A stretch of DNA of 64,000 bases, from positions 69,378,001-69,442,000 of the forward strand of contig NC_083284.1 of NCBI RefSeq assembly GCF_963506605.1. Reading direction: 5' to 3'. Shown here piece by piece: positions 25,271 to 37,342 of this stretch. How positions within the stretch are numbered: position 1 is the stretch's first letter; every line of letters starts with the position of its first letter. This DNA comes from Zootoca vivipara. Taxonomy: Eukaryota. Position numbers and translations under genes: made by a program. Under the pieces are notes generated by a model, which was not told the origin of the DNA, did no database searches, and was given only the letters and a program-made list of their open reading frames with translations.

Positions 25271-26170
25271 AAGCTCCTGCAGCCAATCAGGAGGCACTGA
25301 ACCCCGTCAGATATTCGGGTTCCAAAGAATGTTTGCAAATCGGAACACTCACTTCCTGGGTTGCGGTGTTCGGGAGCCAAAATGTTCGACTTGCAAGGCA
25401 TTCAGGATCCAAGGTACGACTGTATTCACTCTACAAGGCCATAGCATGGGACAACGAGGCTCCATTTTTTATTCAAACAATATCCAAAAAGTCAAAATAT
25501 TATTTAGCCTTGCCTGAGGTGTATATGAGAAAGGCCCATTAGCTTTCCTCTGACTCTCCTTGAAGACTTTGGTTCTCTGTTAAATGACTGAGGTGGATAG
25601 CCATCAGGGCCCTCTGGAATCTGTCACGTTTGCGTGTGAATATCTTAATTATATTCCCAACATATAATGCTACACATATAATGAAGCATAGAAAAGGAAA
25701 TTATCATCTGCATAGGGTTTTTTTCCTTTGTTGTTCTTGCGATCTAATTTGAATCCATTCAAGAGTTGGCCTCAGAACCTTGCCGTGCTCCCTCTACTGA
25801 AATCTCTTTGCCACCCTAATCTCCAAAATCTAAAATAAAGCCCTAGGTTCTCATTGAAGAGTTTAAGCTTGTCTGTTCCAAGTGTTCTGACTAATAAAGA
25901 GTCTTTAATTGTGAAAATAAAAGTTGGAGATTTAAGAGGGCCTACCCTCCTGCGAAATTGCTGTGAGTTCATGAGAACTGGCAACACAATAGATAATTCT
26001 TTATAAACTCTATATGTGCCTGTATGTTCACAATTATCCCCCTCTTACATTTGTGTGTGCAGAAAGAAATGTAGGTGGCAGTTTAACCGTGAGTCAAAGC
26101 CTAAAGCTGGTGTGGATTTGTGATTCCCCAATTATCTCTATGGGTTTTCCTTTGTTTCGCTAAGCCTGCT

Positions 26171-26205
<35 letters not shown>

Positions 26206-26260
26206 AAAACTGGGCATTTGTCACTGGTAATTTCCAGATCTTTTACATTTGAGTATAGCG

Positions 26261-26974
26261 TAGGGTTACCAGACGTTCCCGTTTTCCAGGGACAGTTGCC
26301 GGATTTGCGAATAAGTCCCCGGACAAATTCCATCCCTGGAATGTCCCCGGATTTCATCTAATGTCCCCGGGAAACGCAGCAGCGGCAGTCTCAGCAGCCT
26401 GGAGCAGTTGGCTCCGGCTGGCTTCAGGAGCTGCTCGGAAGTCCCCATCTGATGGTGGTGCAGGGGCTCTAAGATGCAGCTTCCGGGCTGCCTCCACCTT
26501 ACCTAACCGCACCAACTAAGCTGTGAAGGGAGGCTTCACGCTGCCTATCAGAGCTTGCATGCAAGGAGGAGGGGGCAGGGATCTCTCAGTTAGGCAACAG
26601 GAAGCCTCGCTTCCCAGCTGAGGGATCCCCGCCCCCTGCCGCTTGCACGCCAGTAGGAATGGGATTGGGGCTGCTCCGATGGGAAGGGAGGCATGACGCT
26701 GCCCAAACCTCGCAGCCGCCACTGCTGCTCTTGGCCCTCCTTCTCCGCCTTCCATGCCTGACCCACCGCGCACCAATTCCCCACCACCACCGAATGCCCA
26801 GGCTCATGGAGAAAGGAGATAGAAACCTCAGAGGCAGTGGAAACATGGTGGTTGAGGTCAAGGTGGCGGCCACCCCTCTGCCATTGCCATCGCTGCAGCA
26901 TCAACGTCCCGAACGTGTAGTAATTAATTAATTAAAGTGTCCCTGGATTCATTGAAAAAAATCTGATAACCTTA
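26261..26974. mobile_element. Non-autonomous hAT element with a GC-rich interior
   Basis: TIR TAGGGTTACCAGA / TCTGATAACCTTA; subterminal TCCCCGGA repeats; weak TSD. Confidence 0.75.
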
Positions 26975-27521
26975 GTGTAGTTTGGGTCATGCAATCACCC
27001 ACTTAGTATTCTTTTTCCTCCTGTTACTCAATATTTTCTTCTAGCATTTATTACGGATTCTCTGTCTTCAACGTTTTCCCCCTTTTGTATATTTTATCAG
27101 CTTACATGGCCAGGGTATAATTACGCTTTCCCTCGTTGTTCTTTAAGAGCAATCCAGTGGGGATTTCTCTTGGGCAAGTTCCGCTGAATTGAACAGGAGT
27201 TGCTCACAATCTCGTGCTCTTCGTTTCAAGCCGTTCCTCACCGGATCTTTCCACTTGAAGATGCCATTCATTCTCTTTCTCGTGTTGGGGAAAAAAGCAC
27301 AAAGGGGAGAATCACAGCTTGATGGTCCAGCATCTGCTTTGCATGCAGGCGGATTTGTGTCTCGTGTGTCCCAGTGTGCACAGAATCTTAAGAGTTGGAA
27401 GGAACCACAAGAGACATCTAGTCCAACCCTCTGCAACGCAGGAATCTTTTGCCCAACGCCAAGCATCTCCAAGGGACTATGGGAATGTCCCCTGTCTGAA
27501 ATCCCAGAGAAGAATCCTACG

Positions 27522-27760
27522 GAGGGCCAGCGTGGTGCAGTGGTTAGAGTGTCCCTGGGAGATCAGGGTTCAAATTCCCACTTGACATGAATCCCACTGG
27601 GTGACCTTAGGCCAGCCACTACCTCTCAGCCTAACCCACCCCACAGGGTTGTTGTGGGGATTAAATGGGGAGGGGGGGACAATGTGCGCCACCTCGATCT
27701 CCTTAGAAGACGAAAAAAGTGGGACATAAATGCAATAAATAATAGCAATAATAAATAATC
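27522..27760 (+). mobile_element. tRNA-derived CORE-type SINE
   Basis: GCCAGCGTGGTGCAGTGG A box, GGTTCAAATTCC B box, GGGTGACCTTAGGCCAG core, AAT-rich tail. Confidence 0.75.
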
Positions 27761-27939
27761 CCAGTTCAGCAATACTCAGCTAGATGAGTGTAAGATTCCT
27801 AGCAAGACTGGCAGAATTTTGTGTCGCTAATGGAAGTCAGCTTTAATTGTCAATAACAACAACAACAGTTCCGGATTATTATTTTTGTTTTATCTGGACG
27901 TTAAAAAGTAGATGCCTCCCATTGTTCAAAACACCCACA

Positions 27940-27987
<48 letters not shown>

Positions 27988-28947
27988 CAAAACCAGACAT
28001 TACAAAAATAAAAATAAGAAGTAAAACAGCTTGTTGGTTTCTGGTGTAGGTTATCCATTCTGCTAAGGTCAGTTGAGTAAAACCGTGACGCTCTTGCTTT
28101 CCAAATTTAATTTGTTTTACCCATCCCACCCTATCACCTGAACCAAGGTGAACATTTAAGGTACCACTCCTGCCCCACCTTCTCAGCCACCCAAGTGATA
28201 AGCTTGTCTTCCAATGTCTGATTAGACCTGATGAGTAGTTGCTGTGAATGTGCCGATGTTGCACAAAGCTTATTGGAGCCCTGATAATGCATGGTCTGAG
28301 TCTCTTAAGATGTTAGCACTCTAATGTTAGCTGCCACCTGTCAGAATGCTAATATATCATAATAGTTACCATTACTAGGTGCAAAACCAGAAACTTGTTT
28401 AATTTTTTAAACAGAAAAACCTGAAAAACTCCCGCTCTCTGTCCTGATTTATATTCCAGACTTAGTGGGAGAGGAATCACGTTAAGTAGCTCTAATTAAA
28501 AGCTTAAGGACTACAACCTTTGGCTTATGTTTAATCACAATTGTCTTCACTGCCTTGGATATTTTACTGAATGAAGGCTGTGAAACCACTGGAATTAATT
28601 GAAATGTATTAAAGGTAAAGTCTTGTAAATCTGGTAATCTTCTTTATTGGTTTTTGCAGAGTGTGGTTTAAAACCTTTGATTCTGTTCAGTGGCTGCGAT
28701 CTGACAAATGACACAATGAAAGCGCGCATTGCTTGTTTTCCTATTTATTTTTTAAATAACCACATACCAATAAGGAGGAAAATGAAAGAAATGAAAAAAG
28801 AAAAATAGTGTTCAAACTGGTTGATTATATAGGGAATAAAATTCTAACTAATTCAGGATCCTACAAATCTGGATCACCATTAAAAGACAAAATAAAAATA
28901 AAAAATCCTTCCAGTAGCACCTTAGAGACTAACTAAGTTTGTCATAG

Positions 28948-28985
28948 GTATGAACTTTCGTGTGCATGCACACTTCTTCAGATAC
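28948..28985 (-). ncRNA. Minimal hammerhead ribozyme motif (variant stem III) inside a Penelope fragment spanning ~28885-29005
   Basis: GUAU-CUGAAGA-A-GUGUGCAUGCACAC-GAAA-GU-UC-AUAC. Confidence 0.6.
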
Positions 28986-29060
28986 ATGCATGCACATGAA
29001 AGCTGAATTGAGTTTCTTTATTGATGCAATTAATAAGGAACAACCTTGTTTGAATTGCAG

Positions 29061-29131
29061 ATTCCACAACATACGCACATTTTCTGTTCAATGCATTTGA
29101 CACAGATCACAACGGAAGTGTGAGTTTCGAG
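29061..29131 (+). CDS. KCNIP4: KCNIP4 exon, EF-hand 2 ([24 protein letters not shown])
   Basis: 71 nt, cag/gtaagg, in phase. Confidence 0.97.
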
Positions 29132-31910
29132 GTAAGGCTGTTTATTTCTGTTCTTGTCACCTGGTTTCTCTGGTAGGATCTGACCCAGCCAAAGTTTAAA
29201 GTGCCTTTTATTCCAATGAGAGGGTTAAGCATATTTTCAGAACTCTCCCACGGAGTTCAACAAGCCTGTACTTCAGTTTTCTGAAGTATCATGACTTTTC
29301 AAAGCTTCATTAACAACAAAGAAGCTGAAATGTATATAAAAAAATAGATGCACAAATGATCAGAAATGTCTTAAATGGAATGTGTTGTATCTATACTTGC
29401 AATCTGGATTTAGTAGTACTTACTCCAAGAAAGAAACAGAAATTACCGTAAAAGCTCATAATTGTGTCAATATTTTACTAAATATGCAAATATTAACAGA
29501 TGCTTTAATAGCATAGTAAAAGCCAATAAAATATTACTTTTCACCAATTCTGATTTATCTAGCCCTCCTACTTTCATTCCCCTGTTCCATGATGAATTGA
29601 TATCAGTTATGAAAGGGTTAAAATGAGTTCTGCTATCAAACTAGAGATAGATGGAAAAGGAAGTGAAAAAGGGAGATCTTTTAATTTGCCAGGCTCAGTT
29701 CTTCATCTTCAACTTCCTTCGTCTTCCAATACATTCCTTGTTTTTATGTGTTATTCAAATGTGAGATTAAAATAAGGTTAGTAGTGATTTTTTTTGCCAT
29801 GAGGATGAGTGTTTTCCTTTTAAAATAGGGTAGTGTCTGCAGAAGTGATCAGGCTTGGAATTCTAAAGAATTTGCTAGCAATATGCTGGATAAAGCTTTT
29901 AAGGTTGCGACCCAAAAGCTCAGTCCCTTACATGTAAGCTGTTTTGGCATGTCCTTCTCTAAGGAAATGTTCTTAGGCTCAGATATAAATCTGCTATGTT
30001 GGGGGTGGATAAATAATCGTCTGGTTTCCTCAGATGACACAAGTGAAATACATGTTAACCCTGTTGAAAAAGAGAGAGACGCCATTTGTTTACCTCGGTT
30101 CTGTTTTCCTCCGTCGAAGTGTTCCTTACACATTCTTTTCAACAGACAGGCAAAGATATATGGGTCATATTGCTAGGTTTATACCGGGAGGCTTGTTTGA
30201 TCACAGGCAATTCCCAGTCCTTTCCCGGGATGCTTGTGTGTCAACTCCCATGTCAAAATGGCTTTGAAAAAGCTCGTGCTGCCGGCCAGCAGAATGGCAG
30301 GTGCCTTCATTTGCACCTTGGGAACATCTCCTCTTCTCTTTTATTTTCTAATCTCAGAGTGGCAGAGCCCAGAGGGAGGCTTGTGGCACCAACGCTTCAA
30401 AACAGATCCCCTTAAATCTTTTGTGTGCCTGTCTGCTGATCCTTTCTATTGTTTGGAGCAAAATATGAAGGAGTAGGGGTTTTTTTTTGTCATCTTTCCC
30501 CCTCCCTTATAGCTCAAGTGGTATTTTGGTGCTTGTGAACAATGTTGTATGAAGAGCAGGAGATTTCTGAAAGGAGCATAAGTTTGAATAGGCATGGAGG
30601 AAAGCAAATAGGTTTACCAACAGACGCCCAGCCCTATTTGGTGTGCCAACCAGAAGAACCAGATTCAGGTTTCTTGTTTCCTATCACATCACAACTGAAC
30701 AGCTACAAGAAGGCCGTAATTTTTTTGTTGGATTTCTTTAGGATGTTGCTGCATTGTAATGTTTATAAAATGTAGGAACGCATCAGGCCTTGACAAACTT
30801 GGTCTTTGTTACCGGCTATGTTAAGAAAATTATTTTCATTCTGCACAGGTCAACCTGCACTTAGCTTCAGCAAATGTTCTCTCTGTAAGTCCAATGGACG
30901 GTTCTAATCCTTGATTCCAACGAGTGCTAATGGGACTGCCAGTAATTGTAGTGGCTCAGTCAGGCATGGAGCCTCTTCCCTTGGGATTTTAAGCAGATAA
31001 AATCAGGATGTGCCATGAATTAGCTAGATTGGGTTAGAGGTCAGGCAAAGAGTTTGCATTTTCCTGACTTTTCTTCCGATATGCAGAGCCCACAAGAGTC
31101 TCGCTCATTGATCAACATCGAGGTCAGCAAATGCAAACTATACCTTTGTTGCTGTTTGTTGTAGCTTTTGCTTTACATAAAAAGATAAGTGGAGCCTTGT
31201 TGGATCAGGCCAAAGGCTCACCTACTATTTCATCCTGCTCTCACAGTGCCAACCAGAAATAGTGGGAATCAGTGCCCACGTGCCTTAAACACTTTTCTGG
31301 GCAGCGTGGAGATTTCCAGTGCCAAGGTGCTAGGGATATACTTAGAATGACAGCAAGGCTTACAAAAGTCCCATCAGCAAAGCACAATACTTGTCTGCAG
31401 AATTCAGACTAAGAGGAAATGTTGGCCACAACCCTATAGCCATTGACCTCAATGGCACTTGCCCACACTGTAAGGCTCTTACATGCCTGCTTCTTTGACT
31501 ATGCAAAAGAGCATTTCACCTCCTTTGATTGAGCCCTGTTAATTAACTTCTGTTAAGATATGAGATATAAATTCCCAGTAACTTTCAGAACACTTTTATT
31601 CCTCTTGGGATGAAGCTTCTATATTACTAAATTAATTGAGTTTATTGCCCATAGGCTAGCACACAAGTGCAGAAGAAGACTACTTTCTCATACAAAATTG
31701 GATGTACCACTTATTGTTTGTTCTATTTTAGGCCACCCTCCAGTATAAATAATCCAGGGTGACTCAAAGCTGTTTTTACACTTCTGTAATGTTGTTATCA
31801 GGAATTCTCTGTAATAAAATAGTTATTCACTGTATGTTCAATAGCCCAGTCCTCCAAGCTCAGCCTTAGCTGCTTTTGTTATTTGTGGGTGTTTTTTTTT
31901 TGCCGGGACT

Positions 31911-32012
31911 GGGATAGCTCAGTCAGTAGAGCATGAGGCTCTTAATCCCAGGGTCACGAGTTCAAGTTGGCATGGCAGGGGGTTGGACTAGATGACCCTC
32001 ATTGGTCCCTAA
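31911..32012 (+). mobile_element. tRNA-Lys(CTT)-derived SINE fragment with a CR1-like 3' tail
   Basis: TAGCTCAGTCAGTAGAGCATGAGGCTCTTAATCCCAGGGTC..GTTCAAG fused to GGCAGGGGGTTGGACTAGATGACC. Confidence 0.7.
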
Positions 32013-32311
32013 CTTTGGACTGTCAGCTTTCATGCTTTGGCTCTTCCACGCAAGGGAGGAAGGCAAAACTGCCATTCTGTTTTGAGGACAACCTTGTTTG
32101 GTTTTTGTTTCTCCAGATTTTTTTTTTTAAAAAAAAAAGCAGCGTTGTTATGATGGCAAATTTTGCATCTCAACCACAGACACACGTGCACAGAGATAAT
32201 AGAAGTATAGCGTTGGAATGGTCACCAAGTCCAAACCCCTGCCTTGCAGGAGTCACAGCCAAATAGATGGAAATAGATCTTTTATTAATCCACCATCTTG
32301 CTTTCTTTCAG

Positions 32312-32419
32312 GATTTTGTTATGGGCCTTTCAATTTTACTCCGGGGGACGGTGCAAGAAAAACTCAACTGGGCTTTTAATCTGTATGATATAAATAAGGA
32401 CGGCTGTATAACTAAAGAG
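32312..32419 (+). CDS. KCNIP4: KCNIP4 exon, EF-hand 3 ([36 protein letters not shown])
   Basis: 108 nt, cag/gtgagg, in phase. Confidence 0.97.
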
Positions 32420-32921
32420 GTGAGGAGACCATTTCACTCACTGTAATGTGAAAACGCTTGTCATTAACTGCATGTAACGGGGATGTTGTTTATAGGTTTT
32501 AGTAGATTAATTCCAGGACTAGGGACTTCCTGCTATCCCAAGTGGCTGTAGTCTTGAGTAAGAGGCAAATGCCAGGATCCCTTGTATACAGGACATTGGG
32601 ACTCACTCACCTCTGCTGCAGTGCGAGATCTCGTGGTGCACTTGTCCCATGATAACACAGTCAAATGCTGCTGCTTCAAGCATCTGCTTGGGTTGCTGCT
32701 GCAGTCAAGCTATCCCCTCCATGCACACCACTCACCTCCCCACCAAGGGGCAGTTATGCAAACAGCCAAATCTAGTGCTAAAGTTGCCGTCATTCCATTT
32801 CTGTCAGCATGTGTGTAGGTTTGCAAGTTTTGTAGAGAGTGATTTGCAAATTGTATTATTGAGCTAGATCTGATCCTATAGTTTGCATTGCTTGCATTGT
32901 ATGAATTCTGACTGTATAGGC

Positions 32922-33491
32922 TGTAGCCCTGGGATGTCTTGCGTAAAATGCTTTTTCCTTTGCCTCTCTCTGTGTGCCAAAGGGTAATGTAAACAAAACA
33001 GGATGCCCAGCTAAGCTATCAAGGCCAAATGACTGTCTTGTCGGATGCTAGCAGTCTGACGCAAAGAGCAGCAAGATAGTCAAGGCTTTGTTGAGCCAGC
33101 CAGAGATATGAATTCGACAGTAACTGACAATACGCATAGATGATGTGAAAGGGGGGGAAGATGCGCAAATCACCATTGTCCCCTATGGCCCTGTTTATGT
33201 TACCCCTGCCTAAGCCAGCATGTGTTTACGCACAGGACGTGTACTAGTGACCCCCTTGCGTACGTGACCCCTTTGCATGCACACATTTACAGGGAGGGGG
33301 AAAGAGCCCAAAAGAAGGGTATAAGGGAGCTTTGCAATTTGTTTCTTTACTCCTGTCATGAGCTTGACCACCAGGAGTCTCTTAAATTTAAGAATTAAAT
33401 TCTTTCTCTTGATTCAACCCCCCCCCCCGGTGTCATTATTGGCTATCTCTGTCCTGCCTGGGCGCAACTTAAAGGACCCTTATCAGCAATA
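32922..33491 (+). mobile_element. Probable ERV solo LTR
   Basis: TGT...AATA (decayed CA), 4-bp TSD AGGC, TATA-like GGTATAAG near 33318, ATTAAA at 33394, U5-like GTGTCATTATTGGC. Confidence 0.55.
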
Positions 33492-34216
33492 AGGCTGCAG
33501 TTTGAGTACTCACTCGGAAAGAAAACTCTCTCCAAACAAGGGAGAAGAAAATTCAGTATGGCAAAAGGCGGCAGGACAGCAAACTTACAAGAGGGAGTGA
33601 GCAAGCGTCTGATTTGCCCAAATAGCAATTTGAAATGAAATTTAAATCAGATTTGCCCCCACCACCTGCTTGACTTTGTTTAGTGTTTTCTTTTCAATGC
33701 AAATTGAATCTGTTAAGCATAAAGACTGAGTCTCCTTACTTTAAATGGAATACACTCAGCATTGCAATAATGGGAGGGGTTTGCTATGATGATTCCTGAA
33801 AGGCACAATGGGGTGTATATCAGTCTTCTGCTTCCACCTGATGGCCATTTCTTACATTGCTTTTGAAAGATGCAGGTGAAATATTAGGGGAAATGCTGTG
33901 TTGTAGGTCAGATAAAATCCTTCTGTAGGCCTGTAAACATCTGATTTATCCAGAGACTGCATTGCTACAGGAAAATGTGTTCCCACTGCAAAAGACAGCT
34001 GGGGGGTAGCTGCAACACCCAGCAACTTAAGAAATTATGATTTCTAGCAGTTCATGTATCAGCAAATGAAACACCTACACATTACTTTTGGGAAGGTTTT
34101 TCACTTCTGTGCTAGCAAGGCTTCTGTCTTATAAATGCAACTCTCTTCCCAATTGTGCATTTTCCACTGCACAGTATTTTCTTGCTCACTTTAATGTCTT
34201 GTTCCCTCCCCCAAAG

Positions 34217-34321
34217 GAAATGCTGGATATTATGAAAGCTATATATGATATGATGGGGAAATGCACTTATCCTGTTGTCAAAGAAGATGCCCCGAGACAA
34301 CACGTTGAAACATTTTTCCAG
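34217..34321 (+). CDS. KCNIP4: KCNIP4 exon ([35 protein letters not shown])
   Basis: 105 nt, aag/gtaggt; GKCTYP and [11 protein letters not shown] distinguish KChIP4 from KChIP1-3. Confidence 0.97.
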
Positions 34322-34688
34322 GTAGGTACGATTTGCCGGGGCGGGGCAGGGGAGCCAGGTGAAATGATGGTCATAGATAGCTATCGTATTGATGGTTTGC
34401 AGTGTGGCTATGTAACCTGCTCTTCTTGCTATGTTGCCTATACTAATTTGATTAAGCAAATCCCCTTCCTTCTTCATTTCCGTTTTTGTCTTGCCTACTC
34501 TGCAAGATTTGAAGCTCAGCACCTGTGATTTGTTAAAATAAATATAAAATGTCGGCAAGTGTAGGAGTAGTTTCTTTGGTAGCCATTATTCTATCACCTG
34601 TCCCCAAACCTGGCTTCTCATAGAAATGAAAGGCGGCAGTCTTAACTGGAGAACGACATTACTTAAGCAAGCATTTCTTCTTTGGCAG

Positions 34689-34751
34689 AAAATGGACAAG
34701 AACAAAGATGGCGTAGTCACCATAGATGAATTCATTGAAAGCTGCCAAAAA
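34689..34751 (+). CDS. KCNIP4: KCNIP4 exon, EF-hand 4 ([21 protein letters not shown])
   Basis: 63 nt, cag/gtaagt. Confidence 0.97.
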
Positions 34752-36317
34752 GTAAGTAACTGGTATATTCATAGTGCTTTGCTCTTATGACAGAATACAA
34801 AACCGCAGTATGAAGCTTCAGCATGTACGATATTTCACAAACTGTCCATATTTTAGAAAACGCATTTATTATCTCATAGAATCATAGAGCTGGAAAGGCT
34901 ATTGTGAGACCGTGTTCACCTGTCTAGCTCCTTGCTCAGTGCAAGAAATCCAGAGGTGGCACATATTCAGGTCCAGCCTTTGCCTGAAGACTACCAAGGA
35001 GGGAGAACTTCTACGTAACTGGCTCCATGTTTGAACTGCCCACACCAAGAAGTTGTTTATGGAACCAAAATCTCTCTCCTCCTGCAACTTAGCTCATTAG
35101 ATCTAGTCCTCCTCTCTGGTAACAAGGCTTCATCTGATTCTATATGACAGCCCTTCAGGTATTTGAAGATAGTGTCACAGCCTATCCTGCCCTGTCTTCC
35201 TTCCCCCAGGCTGAACATTCAGAGTTTCCTTCTGTGAGAATCAATAAGAATCCGATATCCAGCAAGTGTTTCTCTAACATGCAACAGGGCAGGCTTCGGA
35301 GATCACATTGGATGTTGCTACTCAACATTCTCCTTAATTATATGAGAAAATGTCAAAACATATAAAATGTATATCCGGTAAACCAAAATAATTTTAACGA
35401 GATGCCATAAAGACTGAAGCAGCTGTGGCATATTCAATAAAAAAGAACAGTCAGTTTTCAGAGAAGGCCCTTTGATATATATATTTAAAAAACCCTTCAC
35501 CTATAAGTGGTTGTCCAGGCAATTTCTCTAAGCTGGAGAATTGTCTCTTTGTTCTCCATTTCATCAGTATAAATAGAACACAGAGGAAGGCCTCATCCCT
35601 TCCACTGCCAAAGTCATATCTAGCACTTGGCAAAGTTACTCAGGTGCTTTCTCTTTTCCCCCTGTAAAGTGCACTGGAAAAATCAATGCACAGTTGGGAG
35701 GCTCATAACCAGGTGTTTTAAGGCGTACACCAGGATGGAACTCATGTCAGTGCAAAACAGCAAAAACCCTAAATTTAAGTTGTTGAATATGTTATACCAT
35801 AAGCCTGCAACTTATGCACCTTTAACTTTTGCTCATTCGTCTTTATGCACATGGCAAAATAAATAAATAAATAGGGGCAGAAACAGGGCAACGTTTGGGG
35901 CATATGACTTTTGCAGCCCCGCCCACCACTGATCCCAATATGCTTTGACTATACGCCATTTTGGCTCTAGGCATGATCCCCGGAACATAACCCCTGCGTA
36001 AGTTGCAGGCTTACTGTATTTAAAGTAGTTTATTCATTCAGTTGGATAAGTCACTTGCCTGTCAATAATCCCAATACCTTTGCACTCATTGGCCAATAAC
36101 AGTTAAGAAGAAGAAATTTACCTTTTACCAATGAACTGTGTAGAATATTGCGTGCCTATTTCCCCTTGATTTCCAAAAGGGTTCCTTTTTAAAATAAAAG
36201 CTAAAAATTAAGGGAGTGGATCTGATCGACCTCAAACACAGCCTGTGGCCCTGGTTGGCCTTCCCCATTCCTTGCGAGAGCTAGAGGTTTCCCATTGGCT
36301 TCTTCTGCAGTAGCAAT

Positions 36318-36452
36318 TGGAGTCTCCTTCTTTGGAGGTCTTTAAGCAGAGGCTTGACAGGCATATGTCAAGAATGCTTTGATGGTGTTTCCTGCTTGGC
36401 AGGGGGTTGGACTGGATGGCCCTTGTGGTCTCTTCCAACTCTATGATTCTAT
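36318..36452 (+). mobile_element. Short CR1 3' end; a similar one lies at 49514-49612 (-)
   Basis: Near-identical to the CR1 3' UTR at 51730-51872. Confidence 0.85.
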
Positions 36453-36864
36453 GAATTGTGGCACACCCCAAGAACAGCAGCAGAAGCTTGACATGGCTGC
36501 TGAACTTCTTAAGCCAAACTTCTTAAGAACTTCCTACAAAGTTCTAGGCCTGTTGCTCCTATTGTGTTTTTATCAAGGTTTTGCTATAAACAGCAAGGTG
36601 TATTTGATAGACAGACCCAGTATGAGTTACATGTTTAATTTCTAGGCATGAGATTGTAATTGTATGCCATCGCCAAACTTTAGCAGCTCCCCACAATGTT
36701 TTCTCTGTAAATTATTTGTGATAGACTGTAAGCAGCAAATACCTGTACTATTTGCAGAACAATGTGTAAGAAGCAGCAGACCTGTGTCTTCAAACGTACT
36801 AGGGCCTGTATAGAACACTGGGCTGTGTAGCAGACCTGTGGCCTGCATCACATATAAACTAGGC

Positions 36865-37000
36865 CAGGCATCCCCAAACTGCGGCCCTCCAGATGTTTTG
36901 GCCTACAACTCCCATGTTCCCTAGCTAACAGGACCAGTGGTTGGGGAAGATGGGAATTGTAGTCCAAAACATCTGGAGGGCCGAAGTTTGGGGATGCCTG
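36865..37000. mobile_element. Palindromic hAT-Charlie MITE
   Basis: TSD AACTAGGC. Confidence 0.92.
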
Positions 37001-37294
37001 AACTAGGCTTTAGAGCAAAACTGCACAATCAGCAGACTTGCAGGATTTGTGATAGTGGTATAGGAGAAATCTGCTAGTCAAAGAAAGTAATCAAAAATCC
37101 CACTTCGAAGATCCTGGCCCTTGGACATACCCAAAGTAGGTACTAACTTTTAGCTGCTTATTACACTGAAAATTTATAAAGGGTGTGGTTTTTCAGCCTA
37201 AGGAGGAAAATATTCATTGGATTAAAAATATTTCTGACTTTTCACTTTCAGATTTCAAAGCGCTCTCTCAAGATGAAATGTCTCTTTCTTACAG

Positions 37295-37342
37295 GATGAA
37301 AATATAATGCGTTCCATGCAGCTCTTTGAAAATGTGATCTAA
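37295..37342 (+). CDS. KCNIP4: KCNIP4 last coding exon (DENIMRSMQLFENVI*)
   Basis: cag acceptor, TAA at 37340-37342; KChIP4 C-terminal H10 helix. Confidence 0.97.
   Translation, partial: DENIMRSMQLFENVI

Noticed and set aside
24570-25286. Longest ORF in the track (238 aa)
   Set aside because: Runs antisense through a Sauria SINE and flanking intron; no recognisable domain
31911-31970. Functional tRNA-Lys gene
   Set aside because: Acceptor and T stems are broken and the sequence is fused to a CR1 tail; SINE or pseudogene
34088-34558. 146-148 aa ORFs on both strands
   Set aside because: Chance extension of the 105-nt KCNIP4 exon into introns, and its antisense shadow
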